DNA of 64,000 nt from Hydrolagus affinis. Lineage: Eukaryota. The stretch lies in assembly GCA_012026655.1 (NCBI GenBank), contig JAAILG010000172.1, forward strand, positions 62,001 to 126,000. The letters are read 5' to 3'. Below, piece after piece: positions 52,406 through 64,000 of this stretch; position 1 is the first letter of the stretch, and every line of letters starts with the position of its first letter. The notes below the pieces were generated by a model. That model made no database searches. It saw only the letters and a list, made by a program, of their open reading frames with translations, and had not been told where the DNA came from. The position numbers and the translations under genes are program-made.

Positions 52406-53794
52406 TATACTTTTACAGTATATCCTGCAAAGTAATTTGAGACATCCTTCTGACATAAAAGGCGTAGACCAGAAGCAAGGTGTCCATGTTTTGTTTCACA
52501 ATAAATGTGAATTCACATTTTGCCCACAAATATACAGTCAATTCACTTTACGGTATATTCTGTGTGGTGCTTTGAGATGTCTAGACGATATGAAAAGCGG
52601 TATATCAAAAGCAAGGATTATTATTACATTATTATAACAACAAAAATGTGAATGCGTCGTTTATAGTATTGCATCAGGTAAGAAGCTTAGAGAGGACCTG
52701 GCAGCAAATGCACCCAAATAAATCCTATTATAAATCATGCAAATGATTCGAACCATCCATTGAGCCCCTCCTGTTACAATCAGTTGCTATTCTTTCTTCA
52801 AAAGCTGTGATTGTCTTAAAACAATCTGCGCAAAAGTCATCCCAGCAGTTACAAAACTCCTGGTGGGTTCAGGCTTAAAAACAAAAACCTATTTCATCTG
52901 TACAGCAACATAAGGTGACCCAAATCGAACTAATAAAGAACACTACACAGCCTGACGTTAAATCCTGCTGTTTAATAAAAGCAGATGGTCTCCAAGATAT
53001 GTCTCATTGATATTCAGATTAACCTGGTTCCACTCAACCCCCGCCCCCTTGAGCTGAGCACTGCCTCAATTGTCTCAATTTATTTTCTCTCTCTGTGTGT
53101 GTGTGTGTGTGGGGGGGGGGGGGAGAGGGTGAAACTGTGAACGAAGTCCTCCGACTTCGCAATTTGATCAGCTGGGATCGCAGGGAACTCTTAAGTTAAA
53201 CGCCTTCCTCAAATCAAAATCTTCCCCAAAAAGGGAAGTCTCTTTCCCCCCCCCACCCCGCTCCTCCTTAATCTTTCTGTCGCCTCTGCTGTCCATCCAG
53301 CACCGTCTCTGTACATCAACAACAACAACAACCAAACAAACAACAGGCAGCTGGTTGGGGTACATGGTACATTTGCTCAAATCAAAGCAAAACAAACCAA
53401 AAATCTGAAATCGCACAACAGACACTCAAGACTAACCTCGAACTTCAGGGAATCTATATCAACAGCACAGACACCTATTCCGTTTAATCGGGTGAACGAA
53501 CGAATGAGTGAATCAATGAATTAATGAACGAATCAATGAATGGTGCGGGTGATGTGATGGGAATTGAATGGGAGTTCGAAAACAAAAAACAACCCCCACC
53601 CCCCCAAAAAAAAAAACCCGCCTTTGAAAGGCTGTGTCCTTGTTTGTCGGAAGCACTGATTTCACCGACAACCCGAGGAATGGCTCGGACGTGTTAAAGC
53701 TTTCGAACTCCTGCCTCCAAACAAACCGACACACGATGGGATCTACCACCAACAAGGGAAACGGTGTAAAATATTGGTGGGGAGGGAAACTTAC

Positions 53795-53876
53795 TGTGGC
53801 CAATGATGAACAGCAGCAAAAGCAGCAGACAGACGGGGTTTGAAATCACTCGTGAAGAAGTGTTACAGAAAGCCAT
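53795..53876 (-). CDS. CRB1: CRB1 exon 1 coding part (signal peptide)
   Basis: atcATGG Kozak context; MAFCNTSSRVISNPVCLLLLLLFIIGH + A|gtaagt; 82 nt, phase 1, joins exon 2 in frame. Confidence 0.88.
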
Positions 53877-54302
53877 GATTTTGAAAGGAAATCATCCTGC
53901 AGCTTGGTGGATGTACAAGGTAGTGTGTTTTTGTCTGTACTGCTCCCACTTCTTTTCCACACCTCAGGCGTTATGATGCATCGAAGGCACAGGAATTGTT
54001 TGTTGCCACCATCTGCACGCAAATTCTCAGCTCCTCCATCGAGGAAGCTCTGCAGTTCGAACTCGAGTGGTGGCGGTATCTGCTGGGGTTTTACTAGAGG
54101 AGGTTGTTTTTTTTTTGGTGGTGGTGGGGGGGGGGGGGGTTGGGGGGAATTTTTCAACCACGGCACAGACTTTGATGTCCCTGGACTGGATGTCACTGAG
54201 CTTCGGGATGATTTGGTGTCTGCCAGAAGAACCCTTTCTGATGATGGGTATTCTTCCAATGGGTACACAGCCGGCCAAAATGCTTGGCTTCTCGCTCCAA
54301 GT

Positions 54303-54590
54303 GGAGCTCCTGTGGCTCAGTGGTTTTTAGAGCACTCACGATTCCTGACAGGGCGAAACCTTGGGCAAGTTTCCTTACTCCACATGCCTAATAATAATAA
54401 TAATAATCCCTCAATTTTTTAAAAATAATTTGGTCATTTCAATTCACGTCTGTTTGTGGGACGCCGCTGTGCGCAATTGGCTGCCACGTTTCACCCATGT
54501 GTACAGTCGATTCACTTTACAGTATATTCTGCGAAGTGCTTTGAGATACCGAGATGTGAAAAGTGCTATAACAAATGCAAGGGGTATTAT
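54303..54590 (+). mobile_element. tRNA-derived SINE just upstream of CRB1 exon 1
   Basis: Partly deleted head plus body and tail; followed by an inverted head fragment at about 54625-54730. Confidence 0.85.
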
Positions 54591-56350
54591 GACTGTATTC
54601 ACTGGGTTCGTCCTGGCTGCTGGGTAAACGGAACCATATAAAGAAAGGAAACTTGCTTACGGTTTTGCCACACCCGGGAACTGAACCCGGCCCCTCTCGC
54701 TTGCGAGGCGAGTGCTCTGACACACTACAGAACCAGCGATATTTGAAATACTTGCTCTTGTTACACTTTTCTTAGGATTGACGATATTGATTCATTTTGT
54801 GAGGTATGAAATATTCGATATAAAACGGATATTTTGTAGTTTTATTTGATTATTTGCCTTAGGCTTATCTTAGGTTGTGCACCAAATTTGCATCTGCAAT
54901 TTCCCATGAATTCTGCAGTGTTCACACATGAATCCCCCAATGTCTGTTTTGTGATGGCTTAACTGGAACCCAGCCTACTGAGAGAAGTGGAGCACAGCAC
55001 AAAGGAACTCCTGCTATTACCATTGATGGCATGTGTAACATCTCTATTCATGACAACTCGCGCATTGCTAATGATGCACTGGCGTGCTAACCTAAATATC
55101 CATTCTGAAAAATTGTTTTGCGAAAGGAGAGACCCTCATCGAATTTTACTTCCTTCGGGAAAATGAGTAGATGAAGAGAGCAGGTCTACTTTTGCGAGCA
55201 CTTCGTCAGATTGATGCTCACAAGAGAAAATGAATAGTTTGCATACTTTTACACCATGCGGGGAATGGGGTTTGCACTTCAAAGCATGAAGCGGAAGACA
55301 TTCTTGGAGTTATCCCAGGAGGAGTTGGGGTGAGGTGCCCCCTCATGTGGACTTGGGCCAATTCTGACTGCGAGTGTGAAGATGGTGTGAAAAAAATCAA
55401 CTTTTTTGTGAAAATAGCAACAAACTCCAGCACAATTTTCATAGATTCGAACCTTTTCCAGTTGCTACAATGGTGAGAAACACAAACTGACGATGCAGTA
55501 GCGTAATCATAACTGGGTTGAGCAGCGCTGAATTTTATGGAAGCAGCCATGCAGTGAAAGTGGGAATCATTAGTACAAAGCAATGAGGTGGAAAAGGGTC
55601 AAATGGTTGCTTCTATAGCAGTTCCATATTGATGACCTACTTGTGCAATAAACTCAATCATCATTCATAGATTACTCTTATTATTGTTAATATCACTAAT
55701 TATTGTCAGAGATTTCTGACCGTTTTATAGATGTTTCAAAAAACCTAACATATCTTGATATCTAACATGTATTCCATAATTTCTAATCTTTCAAGTAATT
55801 TTAATGAATAAAAGACTATATTTAAGAGTCAATTTGAACTAATGTCCCATTATCACATATAGCAGTGCCATTGTGGATGAACTGAAAAACAATTTATTTA
55901 TCACAGCTAATATAGGTCACTTGCTTTCACACTGGAGACTGACAGATATCTACTACATCTTTTTTCTGGCACGAGAACTGAGAAATGGTGGTCAAAGCTC
56001 CTTAATCTCAATGGTTCTAGAAGGGGAGGTAAAATACCGAGGAATATTTTCTTTAGTATTAACCGGAACAAATAAGTAACGTTCAACTAAATACAATATT
56101 GTGAAAACTGAAATGATCATTCATTACAAATAATCAAATCTCTATGAGCTTGTGGGTAGTCTTGGGCTTTGTCACCTTATATCCCAGATAGAAAGATAAA
56201 TATGGTATACTCTTGTATTAAGTAGCCTGCTCGGTATCGAAAATCAGTTATCTGGTCTCAAGTACTCTATTTGCATGATTACACCAACCGTCCCTGTCTA
56301 TTACTTTGGATTTCCATTTTTCATTTGGACCCAAAAAGCACCACTATCCC

Positions 56351-56720
56351 ATAATAATAATAATATCCTTGAATTTGATACAGTGTCTTATCACGTCCTT
56401 TAGACGTCTTCCAACGCTTCACAGAATTTACTGTGAAGTGAATTGACTATATATGTTGTGGGTGAAAGGTGGCAATGAGCAGTATCCCACAAACATTCGT
56501 GGATTGAGTGACCTAATTATTAATATCATTTTTTTAAAACTTGAAAGGTTTATTACCCCTGGAAAAAACATCCTCCAGTTGACTAACAACCAGGTACCTA
56601 CATAGTGCTAGAGGTGTGTGGAGTAAGAACACTTGCCCAACATTTTACGCTGTCCAGGAATCGAACTCAGGTCCTCTCACTCGCGAGGTGAATGCTCTGG
56701 TCACTAAGCTGCAGGACCCC
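56351..56720 (-). mobile_element. tRNA-derived SINE (longer subfamily)
   Basis: (TAA)n tail at 56351; head ggaatcgaactcagg...ctgcaggacccc at about 56655-56720. Confidence 0.8.
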
Positions 56721-56962
56721 ATAGTGGCACGTCTCAAAATATTGTTTTATCTGGAATTTTATTGGTATCACAAAGTTGTAATATTGTACAAGTTATATAT
56801 TTTTAGTGCCCAATACAACTCTAAATCAAATAACGTTATTCAATCAACTCTGAAGGTCACAAATATTAATTGAAGTTCCAGATCTATTCAATGCCATTTA
56901 TACAGTGGGAGGTGCTGTTGGTAATGAATCAGGGAAAAGACTGGCTTCTAAATACTTTTTGT

Positions 56963-57868
56963 CTCCCCTGACAATGGATGCCAGGCTGTTCCATCCCTCC
57001 TACCCCAGTGGTTTGCAATTAGGAAAACTGGATATTTGCCAGTAATCCATTTATACAGTTATTTCCACCAGAAATGTTTGCCAAGCAGCCATGTACTGAG
57101 AATTAATTATGCTTCCGAAAATAATAACATAATGGTTTTTTTGTTCTAATATAATAAATGATGTAAAGAGTTATTAACCTTCGTGAGAACCAACCTATGA
57201 TTTTTTTTCTTTCTTTCATTACTGTCTTTCCTAAAATGGTGTCATGTTGATGTGACATTCTATAGGCATCTGCAGCCCCTTCTTACATGACCCAAATGAC
57301 CATTTTCATTGGTTTCTAAGTCTTGGTTAGTTTGTCAACCATGGGGAACATCCCAGATGAGCCTGCTTCACTCTGCGTTTGTGCACATGCAATTCTTGTA
57401 CGAGTTCAAATGAAGAGCTGGAACCTGCTGTTTTTCCTCACCCTAGTCTGAATCCAATTGTAGCATCCCACTCCACATATCAATAATCTCTTCTTATTGA
57501 ATAAACTCCAATCTTACATTCAAGCAAACTGAGCCTCTTTCCTGTGGGGAGGCACTATATAAGTGCAAGTTGTAATCTGGCCTTCAAGGAAGATATAGTT
57601 TAGTTCCATATCATACAGCAAAGTTATCAACTGAACGTTAGCAGGTGGGGTGGGGTGGGGGGTGGGGGGAACATGACTGAGGGATAATATATCCTTCAGA
57701 CATAAAGTACTGATGATAATTTGTATAATATTATTCTTCTCTTCTCTGCATAATATTATTATCTTCTCTACATTACCACTCGGTTTATTGTATAAAAAGA
57801 TATCCAGTTTTCCTAATTGCAAACCACTGGTATAAGAGCATAGGCGATGGCATCGATTGTTAGGGGAG
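56963..57868. repeat. Long inverted repeat (about 70-bp arms, 31-bp perfect core)
   Basis: 57005-57035 ccagtggtttgcaattaggaaaactggatat is the exact reverse complement of 57800-57830. Outer segments ctcccctgacaatggatgcca and tggcatcgattgttaggggag also pair. Confidence 0.85.
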
Positions 57869-58489
57869 TTACCATCCTGTAACTCTTCTTTACATTTCCA
57901 CACAGTTTATTACATACAATCATGTTGATATGAGCAGCACACAGAGTTTAATTACTTGGCAGAATCATCATATATGTAGCCATTAGCCTATTTTGGTATA
58001 ATTGATAATAAAATGGTAATTGCCACTCAACCATTAGAACACCATTTCCCAATTTGTCACATGTTAATTTACTGCTTGCAATTAATAATGCAAATTAAAA
58101 TTAAGCGAATAGAACTTAGACTCTTGGACCTTGTTTTAAATTAATATGATTTATTTTCTGCAAAAATCAAAATGAATTACCAATCATATTAAGACATCAA
58201 CTATGTTTCGCAAAGCATAAGCTTCTTATTTTAGAGAATGATTAATTGCAATGAGAGAGCAAATTATACGATTATAGAGTAATTTACATGTAGAAAGTAG
58301 CATCACAATGAATTAGCAAAATGGCCAAAATAGCAACAGCTTAAAAAAGAGTTTTCTCAGCAAAAAAAGGTAAAAGAAAACGACAAAAGAGAGGCCGTTT
58401 TCTGTCTCCTGAATGAGTAGACTCTAACAGAATGGTTTTGACATGAGCCATTGTGTTTAAAAAATGACATGAAAACAAGAGGAACAGGA

Positions 58490-58825
58490 TTCAGTTCCAT
58501 GGTAGGGTGAAATCTTTGGGAAATTTCCTTACTCCATACACCTCTATTTACCTATCTGTAAGTGGGACCCTGGTGGTTAGTTGATTGGTGGATTGTTCTA
58601 TGGTGGTATTAATCCCTTTTATTTCTTTTTAAAAAGTACGAATATGAAGTTGGCCACTCAATCCACGACTGTTTGTGAAACACTGCTGTACGCAATTGGC
58701 TGCCGCATTCCGCCCACAAACATATACAGTCAATCCATTTTACAATATATTCTGGGAAGCACATTGAGACTTCTCAATGACATGACAAGGCATTATGTCA
58801 CCTGCAAGGATTATTATTCTTATTA
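58490..58825 (+). mobile_element. Diverged tRNA-derived SINE
   Basis: Body and tail match the family (atccacgactgtttgtg...gcaaggattattatt). Confidence 0.75.
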
Positions 58826-61800
58826 TGTAATACATAAGACAATTGCATTCATTTAAATAATTCTGACCTGAGTGCCAGCAACATTAAGCAATAATACGTA
58901 TAGAATAATATTCTTCACCTTTATCACTTTATCTGTGTTCCATGGTATTTTGTAAGCAAAAGAACTCAAAGTTTTATAAAGCAGCATTTTTTAAATCTTC
59001 ATATGATTAATGCAGTGTTCGGAGTTTTATGCTCATACGTCACACTGTTGTATTTTCACAGAAGGTTCACACTGTGGCTGATTCTAAGAAGCAATGAGGA
59101 AGAAGAAATGGAGAAAGAGAGAGGGCAGTACATCACGTGTTGTCATTCAACATGTAAAGGGCATAACACAGCCAAAATAAGTACAAATCTGTAGGATGAT
59201 ACCAATCATGCAAGATTGGCTGCAGGAACATCTTGCAAAGACATGATGCTGTGCTTGCTGACACCCAGAAAGCATTAAGAGACCAATCAAGCTCAAGGAT
59301 GAAAAACTGCCTCTTTGCATCATTCATCTCACACCTTGAGCATACAGGAGACAGGGCATTGAAAATCATTTGAATCTCATACATATTAACATCTCTTGCA
59401 CAATTAGATCCTCACACACACTCTGCAAGTTGGCTGGGAACAGTTGGACAAGTAAGTTGGTTCTCTCATCACTCTGCTAACTAGATTGGTTTATCACTTG
59501 GCACCTTCCTTTGAGCAACTCAAGGATGTCGCCGTTAACACCTTCTGGAGCCCTCTGATGGCAGTCTGGCAGCATAGTTGGATAGTTTTGAGTTCTCCTT
59601 TGGCTGAGATGTCTTTTCACTTTGAGACTGATCCTTATAATAATGATTATAATGATGTATGCTGCAAAGACCCACTTAGAGATCTGTGCATAGTTTTTCT
59701 ACAGATATAATTGATGCGATGATAACCACAAAATGCAGTATTTTAATTTTGCGAAAATATTTTTTTTAATATCTAAGATTTGTTAAATAATTAGATATCC
59801 TTCATTACAACGGGCAGAGACGTGTCCAAGCATTTTGTCTTAACAATACCTGCAGTCATGTAGCAAATGTAATACATGTTTTATCTCCTGATCTAACTGT
59901 ATAAATGGACATTGAGCTGTTCCAGATATGAACTGGAGGAGATTGTTAAAAGGGGAAATGCAATTTCCAATTATCCATTCTGAAATTGTGCATTATGAAT
60001 GCATGAAGTTGAATTGCACAGTTGCTCACTCCCCAATGGTCCTTTGGATGCTCTTGGCTGTCAATGAGACAGACACTGAAGAACTTTCAACCTATCTTTT
60101 TAAACACAATTGATGAATCAGTGACAGTATCCCCACTGGATTAGTGAGGAAAAAGCAGCAAGTTGTTACTTTGAATGCTGAGTTAGCTGATCCTAGCTGC
60201 ATTAGCCATTCAAATGCTCCAATTGACCTCAGTGCTCCTGAGTCCCCTGCTGCAAGGCACATGTATATGGATCAAATTCACCTGTGGCTTACCTGTTCTA
60301 ATATCCTGCCATTGTGAATGCTCAGACATGAATAATGGCAAGGTACTGGAGGGAAATCAGCGTGTGAACTACACCAGATGTAAGGAGAATAGGGGCATCC
60401 ACACCAAGTATAAGGAGTCATACTCGTTCAGTAGAGAAAAGGGGAGAATTTTTTTTATTCAGTGATGAATTCTTTGATAATATAAAAAGAAACACCTAAT
60501 TGTAGTGCTCTGGACTAAGTGGCAAAATTGTGTGGGTGTTTTTAAGGCTCTGATTTCATACATATGTGAAGTATCAAGTCCTCTGGCTTCCCATATGACA
60601 TGGAGCAAGGCATTGATAAATATGTAATGCTAAAATATCATTTTGAATATTCTACAATACTGTATATTATCAAGAATGCATTAAATATCTTTTATAAAAG
60701 AGCAGATACCGCAATATGGATTTATTTCAGATTTGATATTTGGAAATGCATGCCAGAGTGTTGATTAGACTGGAAAGGCGTTGCATTGAAAATTGTTGGG
60801 AACCTCATGGCACATAGTCTTGACTGTGCATGTTGCACATTCAATTAAATAATTTTAAATTAAAATAATTACTTGATGTGCCTACTGACAGCAATATTTA
60901 TTCTGTGGGAACAGTTGCTGATTTACCAGCCAATGATAATTTACTGTAGTGAAATTAAAATATTTTCTTTTACACCTATTTTCTCTCGAGTGCAAATTCT
61001 GTATTATCGCATCTCCATAAACACTAGTTCACACTTAGAGCTTCATGTAAACAAGATGATAATGAAAGCTGGTTCTGTCTGCTGGCTTACGGGAGTGTAC
61101 ATTCATTGGCTTTTATTCTTGGGTTGATGTTGCTGAAAACCGTATTAAAACAAGCATTTATTGCTACTTAGAATTTACCTGTATAATAAACACAATACCG
61201 TGGAATTTTTTCAAATGGATACACTTTAGTTTTATAGTTTTTCCTGGAAAACATGCAACAGTGAGCAGCAAAATATTCACCAGTGAATCTTACTGATTGA
61301 TTAAAACTGTTCTGAATCAGGATTTGATCTTAGAATTTATTTTGACACTCTACCATAATGCTGGAAAAGTGCTACAGTGCTGTCCTTTGGATAAAAGTAC
61401 GGTAATTGAGAATGACTGCTCTTGGACTCTTGCAATACTAGTTTCTCTTGTGTCTCCACATGTTGTCATCTATGAGGCATGAGGAGAGGCTGGGGAAACA
61501 CACAGTCATTGAACCAAGGCTTAAATCATGTTCAAAATTGAAAACAAAGTTAAATGTAAGTGCTTGATTCGATTCCTATCTGGAATATTGTGTGCAGTTT
61601 TGGGATGTCCTCCTGACATGAAAACTTCAATAAAAATGTATATTTGTGTTGTACCGTATTATATAAAGAATATTGAAGCTGTGAAGAGGTTGTTGTGTGC
61701 AGAGTGTTTGAGGGTATGGATTGCACAGATCTCTGTGGGCATCATTTGGGGTGTCCAATTTACTAAGGAGTTTGTGGAGTGGATTGGCTTCAAAACAGTA

Positions 61801-62622
61801 AGTCACTATTTTAGATTGCTTTCTGTTTATTTCCTCTTGGGACTGTTTATTTCCTTCTGCCTAAAACAGATTGACCCATCAATGCTTTAAGCTGAGCAGT
61901 GCCACCGCTTCATGAACCAGTTGGAAAGATACTTACATCTCGTAAAGTGCATAGACTGACAAGAGAGAAAAACCTTCAATAATGGACAGCAGATAACTCA
62001 TAAAATATTACACGATCAGCCTGAAAAGATGTCCCTTCTTGCCTGTGATAATTGAAAATCATTGCAAGTACCATATTGTTTTATTACCCAGAACATTGGC
62101 AAAGCTGTTGCAAACTGTGAGGGGGGGGAAAAAGTGAGCTCTTATTTGTTTAGATAGGTATTTTAATTGCTTCCTTTTGATCTATTTAACAGCCTCATTA
62201 AATAAAACCAGCAAGTGATTACCAGTAGCTGGTATTACCACCAGCCTTTTTATTCCCAGTGACATATGTTCTGCTAAATGGAAATCATTTCACCAGCAGA
62301 TGTTGCTAGATTCGGAGAGAAACTTTGAATGCCAGTGAAATGCCTTTTCTTCAGAGGTTTCATTTTGATCAGATATTTATTCATATAAAATTGGTCAATT
62401 ATTACATGGCTATTTGTAGGATATTTCTGGGTCCAAATGGCTATTGCATTCGCTTACAAATACAACACAAAATTACATTTGTAATTACATTTTGCAGTAA
62501 AATCGTGTGAAGTCAACAATGTGGTAAGGAGCTACAACAAATGGAAGGATTATTATTATCATTATTATTATTATTATATTGACAGATGATTTTCAACAAT
62601 CTTTGGAGCATCAGCGCATACA

Positions 62623-62735
62623 TGGAGTCCTGTAGTGTATTGGTTAGAGCACTTTGCCTCGCAAGTGAGAGGACATGGGTTCAATTCCTGGGCAGGGCAA
62701 AATGTGAGGCAAGTTTCCTTGCTCCAAACACGTCT
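62623..62735 (+). mobile_element. tRNA-derived SINE head
   Basis: ggagtcctgtagtgtattggttagagcac...gggttcaattcctgggcaggg. Confidence 0.75.
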
Positions 62736-64000
62736 GTTTACCCTGCGGTAAGCAGCAAATCAGTAAGTGGTAAAAAGCAGCTTGATGGTGTGATGGGGCA
62801 CCACAGTGTGCGGGTTCTGGAAGGATAAGATCATATGGACAATAGGAGGATGGTACCAGTTGAATGGAGACTCTGGGTGGTGGTTTGGTGAGTGGAGAGG
62901 TTGGAAAGGTGGGGAGGTGCCAGGGAGTGAGTTGAACGATGGGCACGAATCATGGTCATAAGAATGACTGCCATGAAAAATGGCAATGTTAATCTTATGT
63001 GACATTGTCTGATGTTGAGAACATTCAACGTTGATTCTGTTAAATCAGACCAAAAATGGGGAAATGTTCCATTCAATATTGTAGATATCACTCAATTTGC
63101 TGAACACACATGAATGTATCTGCAGTTGCTTGCTTCAAAAATGTTATTCAACATTTTTCTGTTTGACCGGGTATTTGCCTGATTGAAAATTATTGATTTT
63201 ATTTGTTGACTAGTATCCTTGAAGCAAGCAACAAGAGAGAAAGAGCGTAATCGCTTCTGCTGCAGGGAGCTTTCTGTAATCACTATGGAAACAAAAAGGA
63301 CAGAAAATATTCTTCAACATTGTCAATTTCATGTTGGGTGAAGTGGATTGAAATTACCGTTGCAATCGTTTTGCATATGATCTCAGTGATTAAAGCCCAA
63401 TGTGAAGTATGTTGCCGAAAATGCAACCTAATTATCATTTTAAGTTAATAATCAGAGAAAGACTGAATGATAAATATTTATTTGCTAGATCTCTGCAGGT
63501 GTGTCTTTCAGACAGAGATCATTTGTGGTTTGTAATTCAAGCTAGTGATACCAACATGATGCAGTAAATACATACACAATCCAAATACAATATGCACACA
63601 ATCATATCCCACTTACAACAGTTCAATTTTGAATTTTTTTTTAGAAACTGTGGAATGTGGTCATTTTTAACATGCAGATTCAAACATTCGGATCGAAGCT
63701 TAATCTTAAATGAAATAGCCATACATCTAACCTTTACTCTCTTGTCATCCAGGTTTCTTTTATTCACTTGTTTGAATACCAATACAGACAGTTTTACCAT
63801 CTCGCCCCAGGTATGAATTTCAAAGGTTGATGTTGACCTTTGACCAACAAATGCATGAAGTCAATTTTGCTCAGATACTGTATTGGATAAAAGTATATTT
63901 TTTGTGGGATTAGCCATGAATCTTGAGTAACTTACATATCTAATTTATACCTCCCAAATAGCTAATTGGGACTATTAAATTCTGTAACATGTTTGATGGT

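Noticed and set aside
53904-54422. 172-aa + strand ORF (and the 140-aa minus-strand ORF) at the CRB1 5' end
   Set aside because: Non-ATG start, poly-Gly/Pro derived from homopolymer tracts, runs into a SINE, and shows no recognisable domain.
55050-55620. Coding-like, CpG-containing segment (121-aa minus-strand ORF)
   Set aside because: No recognisable domain or splice structure; possibly a decayed transposon, but I cannot support a call.

Overview
AT-rich vertebrate genomic DNA. The repeat content (tRNA-headed SINEs with L2-type tails, Deu-domain SINEs, L2/CR1 and Penelope-like fragments) and compact introns suggest a cartilaginous fish, possibly a chimaera; this is inference. The window holds a complete Crumbs homolog 1 (CRB1) gene on the minus strand: 12 canonical coding exons from 53876 to 2940, all GT-AG and phase-compatible, giving 4245 nt / 1414 aa. 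Hand-splicing shows extra structure. (1) A three-coding-exon CRB3-like gene (117 aa: signal peptide, short N-glycosylated ectodomain, transmembrane (TM) helix, GTY and ERLI motifs) is nested on the same strand in the last CRB1 intron, with its TM/tail exon in tandem with the normal CRB1 last exon. (2) The parts of a CRB1-B-type isoform are present: an internal signal-peptide exon in intron 5 and an exon-11 read-through tail. (3) A candidate pair of mutually frame-restoring microexons lies in intron 9. Exon coordinates were read by hand at splice dinucleotides; repeat boundaries are approximate. No expression data are available, so all isoforms are predictions.
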